The position numbers and the translations under genes are program-made. From the NCBI GenBank assembly GCA_963756875.1, contig CAVWPA010000003.1, positions 1,696,001 to 1,760,000 of the forward strand: a stretch of 64,000 bases of DNA, given 5' to 3'. The stretch is from an uncultured Verrucomicrobiae bacterium. GTDB taxonomy: Bacteria > Verrucomicrobiota > Verrucomicrobiia > Chthoniobacterales > UBA10450. Below the pieces are notes generated by a model. The model saw only the letters and a program-made list of their open reading frames with translations. It searched no databases and had not been told where the DNA came from. Positions 1 through 9,558 of the stretch are shown here, one piece after another. Numbering within the stretch: position 1 is the first letter of the stretch; the number at the start of each line of letters is the position of its first letter.

Positions 1-209
1 TGGATAAGCGCCAGTTTTCCTATGTGGCAGGCCCGCTCGACGCCGGCTTCTATGTAAACTTTGTCTTTCACTGCGATCCGCAGCTGATCGCCAAGCTCCA
101 GGCAAAATTCAAGCTCGATCCCGAAGTGTATCGGCAGCATTACCAGCGACTGCGCCAGAAGAAAGAGAAGAAGGAAAAGCCTGCGAAAAAGTTGGCGAGA
201 GCCAAGTGA
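1..209 (+). CDS. rpsF: 30S ribosomal protein S6, 5'-truncated by window edge
   Basis: Frame open from window start (DKRQFSYVAGPLDAGFYVNFVF...KFKLDPEVYRQHY); S6-like C-terminal half; lies directly upstream of ssb as in rpsF-ssb operons. Confidence 0.8.
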   Translation, partial: DKRQFSYVAGPLDAGFYVNFVFHCDPQLIAKLQAKFKLDPEVYRQHYQRLRQKKEKKEKPAKKLARAK

Positions 210-227
210 TTTGATTATAACCGGCCC

Positions 228-686
228 ATGGCGAGCTTTAATAAAGTCATTCTTCTTGGAAATCTCACGCGCGACCCGGAGGTGCGCTACACACCGAAAG
301 GCAGCGCGGTTTGCGATCTCGGTATTGCTGTAAACCGGCAATACACGCTCGATAGCGGCGAGAAGCGTGAAGAAGTCACTTACGTCGATGTTGTTCTGTG
401 GGCGCGCCTGGCGGAGATCGCCGGCGAATATTTAAAGAAGGGTCGGCCTATTTTTATAGAAGGCCGGCTGCAAATGGACACCTGGGACGATAAGCAGACC
501 GGACAGAAGCGAAGTAAACTCCGCGTGATCGGCGAAACCATGCAATTGCTCGGGAGCCGTCCTCAGGGGGCTGCGGGTGCCGATTCCGAAGGCGGGGGAG
601 GGACGCGGCCTCAAAAAGCGGCGGCGCCACCGCCGCCCAAATCGTCCGGGACCGCCGAGCCGGACGACGACGAGATCCCGTTTTGA
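228..686 (+). CDS. ssb: single-stranded DNA-binding protein
   Basis: NKVILLGNLTRDPEVRYT N-terminus, DDDEIPF acidic tail. Confidence 0.98.
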   Translation: MASFNKVILLGNLTRDPEVRYTPKGSAVCDLGIAVNRQYTLDSGEKREEVTYVDVVLWARLAEIAGEYLKKGRPIFIEGRLQMDTWDDKQTGQKRSKLRVIGETMQLLGSRPQGAAGADSEGGGGTRPQKAAAPPPPKSSGTAEPDDDEIPF

Positions 687-688
687 TT

Positions 689-790
689 GTGGCATCGGCA
701 TCTTGCCGATGGTCCGAGCGGACGGGCGCTGCTGCGTGGGTTGGCCTCCGGCTTGTAGGAGCCTGCGGCTCGGAGAGAAGCCCATGCCAC
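689..790. repeat. REP-like palindromic doublet
   Basis: GTGGCATCGGCATCTTGCCGATG hairpin at 689-711 and inverted end GCCCATGCCAC at 780-790, intergenic. Confidence 0.6.
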
Positions 791-799
791 TGTCTTTGA

Positions 800-1900
800 A
801 TGAACGCGACCGAAGCTTGCATCGCGCTAAACATGCTGCCGACAGTCGGACCGGTGCGGCTGCGGAAACTGCTTCAGGTTTTCAAGGAGCCGCCGCAAAT
901 CCTGTCCGCTAAACGCACTGAGCTGCGCAGAGTTGAGGGAATTGGAAACGAAGTCGCAGATCAAATTTCCAACTGGGAATCAATCGTCGATCTACCAGCC
1001 GAATTGGAACGAATTCGCGATTTCGGCGCGACAGTGATCACCCAGCAATCGCCCTCCTATCCCGCGTCGTTACGTGAAATTCATGCGCCGCCGATCGTCC
1101 TGTATGTCTGGGGCGAACTACAGGAACGCGATCAGCACGCCATCGGCATCATCGGCTCAAGGCGGACGACGCATTACGGGGCGGAATCGGCCAAGAAACT
1201 GGCTTATCAGCTTGCCTACGCGGGATTGACGGTGATCAGCGGCCTGGCGCGCGGAATTGATACGGCTGCCCACCAGGGGGCGCTGGCTGCAAAAGGAAGA
1301 ACGATCGCCGTAATCGGCTCGGGGCTGTTGAAATTATATCCGCCGGAGAATCGCGGCCTCGCGGAAAAAATTTGCAACGGCAACGGCGCGGTTGTGTCTG
1401 AGTTCTCGATGGAGATCGAACCGGACCGTCAAACCTTTCCGATGCGCAACCGAATTATTTCGGGTTGGAGTCACGGCGTGCTTGTTGTCGAGGCGGGCCT
1501 GAATAGCGGTGCGCTCATCACCGCCTCTCAGGCGCTGGAGCAAGGCCGCTCGGTTTACGCGGTCCCCGGTCACATTAACGCGCCGAGCGCGATGGGATCC
1601 AACCGGCTCATCCAGCAGGGCGCCAAGCTGGTCATGGACGCGAGCGATATTCTCGACGATCTGCAGATTTTGTTACCCGACGCAAAACCTTCACCTCAGG
1701 CTGCCGTGCGGCCCTTGCCGCCGCTCTCGGAGGAAGAGCGGCGAGTCTATGACGCAATCGAGGCGGCGGAAACGCCGATCGATCAGATCGCCGCGAAATG
1801 CGATTTGCCAAGCGCGACGGTCTCTTCTACTCTCCTGCGCCTCGAGCTGAGGCGGCTCGTCAAGCAGTTGCCCGGAAAATATTTCGTGAAACTGTCTTAA
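800..1900 (+). CDS. dprA: DNA-processing protein DprA
   Basis: IIGSR, SGLARGIDTAAHQGAL, FPMRNRIISG, SGALITA motifs; C-terminal winged helix. Confidence 0.97.
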   Translation: MNATEACIALNMLPTVGPVRLRKLLQVFKEPPQILSAKRTELRRVEGIGNEVADQISNWESIVDLPAELERIRDFGATVITQQSPSYPASLREIHAPPIVLYVWGELQERDQHAIGIIGSRRTTHYGAESAKKLAYQLAYAGLTVISGLARGIDTAAHQGALAAKGRTIAVIGSGLLKLYPPENRGLAEKICNGNGAVVSEFSMEIEPDRQTFPMRNRIISGWSHGVLVVEAGLNSGALITASQALEQGRSVYAVPGHINAPSAMGSNRLIQQGAKLVMDASDILDDLQILLPDAKPSPQAAVRPLPPLSEEERRVYDAIEAAETPIDQIAAKCDLPSATVSSTLLRLELRRLVKQLPGKYFVKLS

Positions 1901-1947
1901 GCTCGTCCGCGATCTGCTCTCAGCGTTCGCAAGGCGTTCATTTTCAA

Positions 1948-4452
1948 ATGTCTAAATCGTTAATCATCGCGGAGAAGCCAAGCGTAGCGAGTGACCTCGC
2001 TCGCGCCCTCGGCGGTTTTAAGAAGGAAGGCGATCATTTCGAAAATGACCGCTACATCATCTCCTCGGCGGTCGGGCATCTGGTCGAACTCTGTTTGCCC
2101 AGCGAGCTCGATGTTAAAAGGGGCAAGTGGAGCTTCGCGAATCTCCCAATCATTCCGGACGTGTTTGAACTGAGGCCGATCGACAAGAAGACATCCAGAC
2201 AGAGTCCGGAGCAGAGGCTCAAAATGCTTCTTCGTCTGGCGCGGCGGCCGGACGTAACCGACCTGATCAACGCTTGTGATGCCGGCCGCGAGGGCGAACT
2301 GATTTTTAAGAACATCACCAAATACGGGAAAATCAATAAGCCCGTTCGGCGCCTCTGGTTGCAGTCGATGACGAAGGAATCGATTCTTTCAGGCTTCGAA
2401 AATCTTCGCCGGGACGAGGAAATGATTCCGCTGTCCCAGGCAGCGGTCTGCCGTTCCGAAAGCGATTGGCTGGTCGGGATCAATGGCACCCGCGCCATGA
2501 CCGCTTTTAATAATAAGACGGGCGGCTTTCAATTGACGCCGGTCGGCCGCGTGCAAACGCCGACGCTTGCCATTCTTTCGGAGCGGGAAGAGAAGATCCA
2601 CGAGTTCGCGCCGCGCCCCTATTTTGAAGTCTTTGCCGATTTCGAGGTAAAATCGGGAACCTATCGCGGGCGATGGTTTCGCGAAGATTTCGCCAAGAAC
2701 AGTGATGAAGATGCGCGGGCGGAGCGCATCTGGGACAAGGCGTCGGCGCAAGAAATCCGCGATCGTTGCCTTGGGAAGTCCGGCATTGCTACAGAAGAGC
2801 GCAAACCGACTACGCAAGCGCCGCCTTTGCTCTACGACCTGACCAGTTTACAGCGCGAAGCGAACGGTCGCTATCATCTCAGTGCGCGCCGCACCCTCCA
2901 AATCGCACAGGCCCTTTACGAGAAGCACAAGGTGCTCACTTATCCGCGCACGGATTCGCGTTATCTCCCGGAGGACAATCTCGGGCAGGTGCGCAAAGTC
3001 ATGTCGAGCTTTCAAGACCCGACCTTGGCCGGTCACGCCGAAAAAGCGTTGCGCAACGATTGGGTGAAACCGACCAAGCGTGTTTTTAACAACGCCAAAG
3101 TAAGCGACCACCATGCCATCATCCCGACTGGAGCTTCCGCCAGCCACCTGGACGAGTTTGAGCGCAAGATCTTTGACATGGTCGCGCGCCGCACCATTGC
3201 CGTTTTCTATCCCGCCGCGCAGTTTGAAGTAACGACCCGTATCACCCGCGTCGAGGGCCAGCCGTTCCGGACCGATGGAAAAATCATTGTCGATCCCGGC
3301 TGGCAGGCCGTCTATGGCAAGGGATCGACGGGGAATGACGACGAAAAAGCGATCGTGCCTATTTCCCCTAACGAATCGGCCAAGGTTATTGATTTGGAGA
3401 TTAAGGACAACGAGACGAAACCGCCGGCGCGCTTCAACGAAGCCACCCTGCTCTCCGCCATGGAAGGCGCAGGCAAACTCGTGGAGGATGAAGAACTGCG
3501 CGATGCCATGCGCGAGAAAGGCCTTGGAACTCCTGCCACGCGCGCCGCCATCATCGAAGGCCTGATTGCGCAGGATTATATTCTTCGCCAGGGTCGCGAT
3601 CTGATCGCCACCGCCAAGGGGCTCGCCCTCATCACGCTGCTGCGCGGTATTGGTATATCCGAGCTTTGTTCGCCGGAGATGACGGGCGAATGGGAATACA
3701 AACTCAAGCGCATGGCCAAAGGCGACATGGAGCGCAATGAGTTCATGAAGGGAATAAGGAAGTTCACACGCGAGATCGTCGAGAAAGCGAAGAATTTCGA
3801 GGGCGATAATGTCGGTGGTAATTTCGAAGTTCTGGACGTCACGTGTCCCAAGTGCGGCGCGGGCCCCTTCGATGAGGATTACCGCACCTTCAAATGCCGA
3901 TCGTGCGGCCTAATGATTTGGAAGACAATGGCCGGGCGGCTGTTTGAACGCTCGGAGATAGAGAAGCTCCTGCAAGAGAGGCGCATCGGTCCGCTGGAAG
4001 GTTTTCGCAGTAAAATGGGCCGCAAATTCGCGGCACCGGTAAAGCTGGGTGAAGACTTCAAACAGGAATTCGATTTCGGTGAAAACGGTCATGATGCGCC
4101 GGTCCAAATCGATGCGGCAAAACATGAGTCGCTCGGAACGTGTCCGATTTGCCACAAGGGGCAGGTCTACGTGCTCGATCGGGCTTACGCGTGCGAAAAC
4201 GCTGTTTCTGCCGCAAAGACTTGCACCTTTCGCATCAGCAAAACCATTCTGCATCGTGAAATTCCGAAAGAACAGGTGCAAAAGTTGATCGCGACCGGCA
4301 AGACCGATCTCCTTCCAAAGTTCGTGTCAAAAAAAGGCCGGCCGTTCTCCGCTCACTTGAAATTGGAAAATGGCAAGGTCGGGTTCGAGTTTGCCGAAAG
4401 AAAGCCGCGTGGAAAAAAGCAGGGTGGGAAATCCGTGGCAGCGGCTGCGTGA
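1948..4452 (+). CDS. topB: DNA topoisomerase III (type IA) with C-terminal Zn-ribbon/repeat domains
   Basis: MSKSLIIAEKPSVA Toprim start (ATG 1948), DAGREGELI, GRVQTPTL, catalytic TYPRTD, GLGTPATRA; ACDAGREGE and TYPRTD are typical of TopB. Confidence 0.9.
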   Translation: MSKSLIIAEKPSVASDLARALGGFKKEGDHFENDRYIISSAVGHLVELCLPSELDVKRGKWSFANLPIIPDVFELRPIDKKTSRQSPEQRLKMLLRLARRPDVTDLINACDAGREGELIFKNITKYGKINKPVRRLWLQSMTKESILSGFENLRRDEEMIPLSQAAVCRSESDWLVGINGTRAMTAFNNKTGGFQLTPVGRVQTPTLAILSEREEKIHEFAPRPYFEVFADFEVKSGTYRGRWFREDFAKNSDEDARAERIWDKASAQEIRDRCLGKSGIATEERKPTTQAPPLLYDLTSLQREANGRYHLSARRTLQIAQALYEKHKVLTYPRTDSRYLPEDNLGQVRKVMSSFQDPTLAGHAEKALRNDWVKPTKRVFNNAKVSDHHAIIPTGASASHLDEFERKIFDMVARRTIAVFYPAAQFEVTTRITRVEGQPFRTDGKIIVDPGWQAVYGKGSTGNDDEKAIVPISPNESAKVIDLEIKDNETKPPARFNEATLLSAMEGAGKLVEDEELRDAMREKGLGTPATRAAIIEGLIAQDYILRQGRDLIATAKGLALITLLRGIGISELCSPEMTGEWEYKLKRMAKGDMERNEFMKGIRKFTREIVEKAKNFEGDNVGGNFEVLDVTCPKCGAGPFDEDYRTFKCRSCGLMIWKTMAGRLFERSEIEKLLQERRIGPLEGFRSKMGRKFAAPVKLGEDFKQEFDFGENGHDAPVQIDAAKHESLGTCPICHKGQVYVLDRAYACENAVSAAKTCTFRISKTILHREIPKEQVQKLIATGKTDLLPKFVSKKGRPFSAHLKLENGKVGFEFAERKPRGKKQGGKSVAAAA

Positions 4453-4470
4453 CCGCACCTTGCGAGAGAT

Positions 4471-4505
4471 CCTCCTCTCCCTGAGGGCGAGGACTGAGGT
4501 GAGGG
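4471..4505. repeat. short palindromic intergenic repeat (CCTCTCCC...GAGG type)
   Basis: CCTCCTCTCCCTGAGGGCGAGGACTGAGGTGAGGG just after topB stop. Confidence 0.45.
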
Positions 4506-4572
4506 CTCGCGCTTCGGATCCAGCGAACAATTGCGGTCGTAATTGAGCCGGCAAAATCTCCTCTGGAATTGA

Positions 4573-4626
4573 TTGACGCCACAAGGTGTAGTGTGATACT
4601 TACTCGAGTACCACTATGCGTTGCCC
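4573..4626 (+). promoter_or_regulatory. putative sigma70 promoter of nrdR with two NrdR-box-like sites
   Basis: TTGACG (4573-4578), 16-nt spacer, GATACT (4595-4600); CCACAAGGTGTAGTGT (4579-4594) and CCACTATGCGTTGCCC (4611-4626) resemble acaCwAtATaTwGtgt and start 32 bp apart. Confidence 0.55.
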
Positions 4627-5182
4627 CAAGTGCGGGTCTCGTGACGATAAGGTCATCGATTCACGCCAATCTCGGGATAGTTCCAGTATCCGGCGCCGTC
4701 GCGAATGCATCAGCTGCGGTTATCGCTTTACTACCTACGAGGAGATCGAGCGCTCCGACCTGCGCGTGGTGAAGCGCGACCGAACCCACGAGCCGTTTGA
4801 TCGGCGCAAACTGGCGAGCAGCATCGCCAAGGCTTTTGAAAAACGCGCGGTCAGTTTGGTTACGCTGGAACAGGTCGTCGATGAAATCGTGCATGAATTG
4901 GAGACCGGCGGGCGCGAGATTTCATCGTCGCAAATCGGCACCAAGGTGCTGGAGAAGTTGCGCGAGATCGACGAGGTAGCCTATTTGCGTTACGCGTCGG
5001 TGCATCGGCACTTTGCGGATGTCGACGAATTTGTTGATGCCATTCACGCGCTGGGCCGTCGAGTAAAGACCAATGCGGCGCAGCGGGAGCTTTTTCCGCC
5101 GGAGCAGAGCGGGCAGGGCCAGGTGGATCCCGTATCTGCGGGCCGGCACGAGGTCGTAAACAAAAACCATGGTAGCGTTTAA
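4616..5182 (+). CDS. nrdR: transcriptional repressor NrdR
   Basis: MRCPKC...VIDSR...IRRRRECxxCGYRFTTYE Zn ribbon, ATP-cone, VAYLRYASV. Confidence 0.98.
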   Translation: MRCPKCGSRDDKVIDSRQSRDSSSIRRRRECISCGYRFTTYEEIERSDLRVVKRDRTHEPFDRRKLASSIAKAFEKRAVSLVTLEQVVDEIVHELETGGREISSSQIGTKVLEKLREIDEVAYLRYASVHRHFADVDEFVDAIHALGRRVKTNAAQRELFPPEQSGQGQVDPVSAGRHEVVNKNHGSV

Positions 5183-5726
5183 GGAAGAGTTCCCATATCT
5201 GCGCTGCGATTCCGGGCAGCTTTTCGAATTCAATCGCGATTGGCTGCATGCGGCGATTACACGCGCTGCCGACAAAGCCGGTTATCCGAGCTGGTGGCTG
5301 ACGGACCACGTAACGGAAAGCATCGCTTTCTATTTGCGGCTGCGAAACGACGAGAACGTGGTCGCGTTCAGTCAACTCGCACAAACGGTGCAATACGTCC
5401 TGAAAGTGATCGGCTACAAGGAAATCGTTCCCTATTTCACACCGGCGCCTCCGCCGATTTCGATTTCGTTACTCGATATCGCGCATGAAGCCGGCATGGG
5501 TTATGAGCTCGCTTTTTTCGATTTGTTGGAAAAGCGGATCCAGGCGCTGCTGGAAACCGGTGTCGATAATTTAAAGCTTTGTTCTCTGCAAACATGTGTG
5601 AAACATCTGCGCAGCGTTAAAGTTTGGACCCGCACATGCGATTCTTTACGCGAAGAAATTGTCTGCTTTATTCGTGAACGCCTGACTTCGACCAGCAGCG
5701 AACGGTTGAAATGTTCCCTGCGGTGA
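5169..5726 (+). CDS. hypothetical protein, possible degenerate ATP-cone, overlapping nrdR stop
   Basis: 185-aa ORF overlapping nrdR by 14 nt; N-terminus FEFNRDWLHAAITRAA resembles the ATP-cone pattern. Confidence 0.75.
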   Translation: MVAFKEEFPYLRCDSGQLFEFNRDWLHAAITRAADKAGYPSWWLTDHVTESIAFYLRLRNDENVVAFSQLAQTVQYVLKVIGYKEIVPYFTPAPPPISISLLDIAHEAGMGYELAFFDLLEKRIQALLETGVDNLKLCSLQTCVKHLRSVKVWTRTCDSLREEIVCFIRERLTSTSSERLKCSLR

Positions 5727-5759
5727 TCTTTGGTAGCTGATATTCGATCTCCGATTGCC

Positions 5760-6098
5760 ATGACCATCTTTGAAAAGATCATCGCGCGCGAAATTCCGGC
5801 AAAAATTATTTGGGAAGACGATGACGCCATTGCCTTTCACGACGTCAATCCGCAGGCGCCTGTGCATGTTCTCATTGTTCCCAAGCGCGCCATTCCGCGG
5901 CTGAGCGCAGCGAAACAGGCGGACGCGGCAGCTTTGGGCAAACTGCTCGTTGTCGCCGGGGATCTCGCGAAAAAACTTGGCATCGACAAAAGTGGTTACC
6001 GGGTCGTGATCAACAGCGGACCGGACGCTGGTGAAAGCGTGCCGCATTTGCATGTTCATTTGCTCGGAAAACGGGCGCTCGCCTGGCCTCCAGGCTGA
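5760..6098 (+). CDS. histidine triad (HIT) nucleotide-binding protein
   Basis: MTIFEKIIAREIPA start, PQAPVHVLIVPK, HLHVH triad, WPPG end. Confidence 0.95.
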   Translation: MTIFEKIIAREIPAKIIWEDDDAIAFHDVNPQAPVHVLIVPKRAIPRLSAAKQADAAALGKLLVVAGDLAKKLGIDKSGYRVVINSGPDAGESVPHLHVHLLGKRALAWPPG

Positions 6099-6156
6099 GA
6101 TTGCGACCTTCATTTTCACTGGCGCAAATTCATTCGTGGGTTAGAACGGACAAAGA

Positions 6157-7134
6157 ATGTCCACGACACTTGAGCCGGTCCGTTCGATAGAGCTGGCAGA
6201 CATCCAGGAAGCGCGGAACCGAATCGCGCGGACTATCGTGCGCACGCCTTTAGTCCGCCTCCAGCTTGGTCCGGAGTTCCCGGACATCCGCCTCAAACTG
6301 GAAAATTTGCAGCCGATCAACGCTTACAAGTTGCGCGGCGCCGCCAATGCCGTGGCGATGCTTCCGGAGGCAGATCGTAAACGCGGTGTTTGGACGATCA
6401 GCGCCGGGAACGCCGGCCAGGGCGTTGCCTATGCAGCGAGACAAGCCGGTGTTCCCTGCACCGTTGTTGCCATCGAGACGGCCCCGGCGTCGAAGATCGA
6501 ACGCATGAAAGCGCTTGGCGCAAAATTGATCACGGTCTCTTACGATGTCGCCTGGAAGGCTCTCGAAGATCGTGCGTTTCCCGGGGCCGATGGGACGTTT
6601 GTGCATCCTTTCGATGATCACAATTTCATTGCCGGTCACGGGACAATGGGTCTGGAAATCCTGGAAGACGCCCCGGACACAGCCGCTGTAATTGCGAGCA
6701 TCGGCGGCGGCGGTCTGATTACCGGAGTCGGCAGCGCCATCAAATCGCTTCGGCCGGAAATCAAAGTCTGGGGCGCCGAACCGGAAACGGCGGCCCCCGC
6801 GGCGCTCTCGTTCGAAAAGCATTCGCCACAAGTGTTCAATGACTGGAAACCTTCATTTGTCGATGGCGCCGGCGGTCAAAGCATGTTTCCACGCATGTGG
6901 GAGCGCATGAAACCGGTCGTGGACGGCTTCATTGTCGTCAGCCTGGACGAAACGAAAAAGGCGATGCGGTTGATGGCGGAAAAGGCGCGGGTTATTTCTG
7001 AAGGGGCGGGCGCGCTCCCGCTCGCGGCCGCACTGACCGGAAAAGCGGGCAACGGGCCGATTGTGGCGATCGTGTCGGGCGGCAACATCGACATGAAGAA
7101 GTTTTGCGAACTGATCGCCGCGGCAGCGGTTTGA
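6157..7134 (+). CDS. PLP-dependent threonine/serine dehydratase-family enzyme
   Basis: KLENLQPINAYKLRGA PLP lysine, SAGNAGQG, IGGGGL, VSGGNID. Confidence 0.9.
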   Translation: MSTTLEPVRSIELADIQEARNRIARTIVRTPLVRLQLGPEFPDIRLKLENLQPINAYKLRGAANAVAMLPEADRKRGVWTISAGNAGQGVAYAARQAGVPCTVVAIETAPASKIERMKALGAKLITVSYDVAWKALEDRAFPGADGTFVHPFDDHNFIAGHGTMGLEILEDAPDTAAVIASIGGGGLITGVGSAIKSLRPEIKVWGAEPETAAPAALSFEKHSPQVFNDWKPSFVDGAGGQSMFPRMWERMKPVVDGFIVVSLDETKKAMRLMAEKARVISEGAGALPLAAALTGKAGNGPIVAIVSGGNIDMKKFCELIAAAAV

Positions 7135-7159
7135 TGCGCTGCCGCCTGCAATTCGCCCG

Positions 7160-7955
7160 TCAGCTGGTCTTCATCCGCTCGGCGGAATATTGGATCGGGT
7201 CCTGTTGGAAATAGCGCTGTAGTACCTGCGAAAAGCCGGGGATGACGAGCACGGAGCGCGCATGGTCGCTCAAAGAAGGCTTCGACGGACACAGCGAAAA
7301 ACTCAGCCGGATTTGTGGCCCCATACGTATCGAGGAGGGTCGGAATTCCGGTATCGTCGGCTGCCCGCAGGGACGCAAACTCGGTTCTCATCACCTCGCG
7401 CCAGGCCAGTTGTTGCTCACGCGTCGCTAACGCAGGCACGCCATCTGTCGCATAATTCTCATAGTCGAGTTGGTGGGCAAACTCGTGCATGACGAGATTC
7501 TTGCCGTCGGAAGGATCCGCTGCGCCCGATTTTACCGCGTCCCAGGCGAGGACCATCGCTCCAAGTTGGCGACCGGTTTCGCCCGACCGAATCATCTCTC
7601 CCTCCTGCCAGACGTGATCTTGAACCTGTCGTATGTCGTCAGCGATGTATATCGAAGGGTAAACGAGAATCGTAAGGAGACGCGGAAAGTAATCAGCCTT
7701 GCGGTGCAGCAAAAGGAGGCAGGCCTGTGCCGCGACAGTCACGCGGATCTCTTCGGTCGGTTCCAGGCCATCACAACCTTCAAAGCGCTTTTCATCGAGA
7801 AATATCCGGATGTGATCCAGAAGTTCCTTCTGATCGTCGGGAGAAAGCCGGCTGAAAAACGCCACGTTGCGTTTGATGATCTCAAGCCAGGAGTTTGGAA
7901 AAGGCTGAGCCCCCAACCGTCGCCGCCGTCGGCGCTTCAGCAATCCAAAAGTCAT
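7160..7955 (-). CDS. M90-family (MtfA-like) zinc metallopeptidase, +1 frameshift near 7230
   Basis: HEFAHQLD zinc motif, YGATNPAEFFAVSVEAFFE; expected C-terminus (LQRYFQQDP) is in the adjacent frame ending at 7160. Confidence 0.85.
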
Positions 7956-8062
7956 GGCGAAATGTAGCCGTTCAGGCACGAGACTGCCTGCCTAAAATAA
8001 GGAGTCGGTTTTGCGAATCGATCAAACGGCGCCTATGCGTGCCGCCCGGCCTTTCCGGTCTC

Positions 8063-8161
8063 TTAATGAACGTGAATCATCTGCCGGCATCCTGCGATGT
8101 TACCGAAGAGCATAATAAGCAAGATGCCGTAGAGAAGAAGCGTCCATGATTCGGGAGTCAT
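8063..8161 (-). CDS. putative 32-aa single-TM small protein
   Basis: MTPESWTLLLYGILLIMLFGNIAGCRQMIHVH; preceded by AAGGAGTAAA, ATG separated by 1 nt from the stop of the upstream L,D-transpeptidase. Confidence 0.5.
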   Translation of the reverse strand: MTPESWTLLLYGILLIMLFGNIAGCRQMIHVH

Positions 8162-8162
8162 T

Positions 8163-8744
8163 TTACTCCTTAACGACGACAGGTGTGCCCACACGAGTAG
8201 CGTTGTAGAAGTGCTCAGCCATTCCTTTCGGCAAACGAATGCAACCGTGCGATGCCGCGAACGGCGGGACGTAGCCCTGATGCATGGCGTAGCCGCCCCT
8301 GAAAAACATGGCATACGGCATTCGGGCGCCATCGAAATGGGAGCCGCGGGGCCGGCGATCTTTGCGCGAATCGATGTTCCTTTTCACCACGTTGCCTTCA
8401 TCATCCACATAATCGCCGAATATGGTTGAGATGTGGTCTTTGCTCTTTGAGAGAACCTGGTAGTGACCGGGCGGAGTGGAAAATCCTCGTTTACCGGTAG
8501 AAACAGTAGATTCGCCCACCAAATGTTTCCCTTTGTAGAAGTAAGCTTTTTGCTCGTCGATATGGACGACAATTCGCGGGGACCCGGATACGCCTTCACC
8601 ATTCCACCAGCCGGGAGCCGGTGTGGGCATTGGCAAAACCGCGGCGAGCGGACTTTGCACCTGGTTCGGCAATTCTTCGCAGCTGCAAAGAACGACCGCG
8701 ACGGCAGCCAAGGGCAAAAACCTAACAAGCCGGGGTGATTTCAT
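8163..8744 (-). CDS. L,D-transpeptidase (YkuD) lipoprotein
   Basis: Signal peptide ending LCSC; VSTGK...TPPG, MPYAM, H...ASHGCIRL catalytic motif. Confidence 0.92.
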   Translation of the reverse strand: MKSPRLVRFLPLAAVAVVLCSCEELPNQVQSPLAAVLPMPTPAPGWWNGEGVSGSPRIVVHIDEQKAYFYKGKHLVGESTVSTGKRGFSTPPGHYQVLSKSKDHISTIFGDYVDDEGNVVKRNIDSRKDRRPRGSHFDGARMPYAMFFRGGYAMHQGYVPPFAASHGCIRLPKGMAEHFYNATRVGTPVVVKE

Positions 8745-8918
8745 GAAGGGGCGGATAGTAGGCGTGGCTCTACGCATGTTCAATCGGAAATATGGACACC
8801 GATCTCGAGATGGAACGAACGCCTCCGCGCCGCCCTATTGATCTTATGGAAAGGACAAAGTGAGCCCCCGGCTGCATTGATCAATTTGACGCTCCGCAGG
8901 CATGGAATACTCTCGTTT

Positions 8919-9500
8919 ATGGCCACTCTTACTGAGTCCGCAACACGACCGCAGGCGAGCGGCGTCACAGCTCCCGTGCAACCGCCGATTAATCTGAACA
9001 AATGGATTGAAGAGAATCGGGAAAAATTCAAGCCACCTGTAAGCAACCGTTATCTCTATGACGGGCGCGACTTTTTCGTGATGGTGATCAAAGGCCCGAA
9101 CGCACGCAGCGATTTTCATCTCGTGGACTCGGAGGAATACTTTTACCAGCTGAAGGGCGACATAAGGGTGCGAATCCGTGAAGGCGAGCGGATCGTCGAT
9201 CACGTCGTCCACGAAGGCGAGACGTTCTTTATTCCAGCGAATGTGCCGCACTCGCCCCAACGACCACCGGATACGATCGGCGTGGTGGTCGAGCGACGCC
9301 GGCCGCCGGGAGAAAAAGAACACGTTATATTCTATTGCGAAAATTGCGGAGCGCTCGTCGAAGACATTCATTTCGACTGTGCCGATATCGTCGAGCACTT
9401 CAGCAAGGCAATGCTCGATTTCTGGAACGACGACGCGCGGCGGACATGCAAGAAGTGCGGCACGAAGGTTGAAAGACCCGGCCCGATGAAGCCGTTTTAA
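8919..9500 (+). CDS. nbaC: 3-hydroxyanthranilate 3,4-dioxygenase
   Basis: KPPVSN, GPNARSDFH, EEYFYQLKG, VPHSPQR, two CxxC (CENC, CKKC). Confidence 0.95.
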   Translation: MATLTESATRPQASGVTAPVQPPINLNKWIEENREKFKPPVSNRYLYDGRDFFVMVIKGPNARSDFHLVDSEEYFYQLKGDIRVRIREGERIVDHVVHEGETFFIPANVPHSPQRPPDTIGVVVERRRPPGEKEHVIFYCENCGALVEDIHFDCADIVEHFSKAMLDFWNDDARRTCKKCGTKVERPGPMKPF

Positions 9501-9553
9501 GGCGGGGACAGCGCACCGCGCTGCCCTGGACGCCGCAGCGCAGCGTCCCTACC
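9501..9553. repeat. REP-like doublet (GGTAGGGACG family)
   Basis: Two hairpins, right end GGACGCCGCAGCGCAGCGTCCCTACC. Confidence 0.6.
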
Positions 9554-9558
9554 ATGCA

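Noticed and set aside
1..800. Absence of rpsR/rplI after rpsF-ssb
   Set aside because: Operon splitting is common and cannot be judged from this window.
1798..1947. N-terminal extension of TopB (likewise HemL 43106-43285, MlaF 59401-59529, HD protein 16264-16566)
   Set aside because: Extensions overlap upstream genes or repeat elements; family-typical starts lie downstream.
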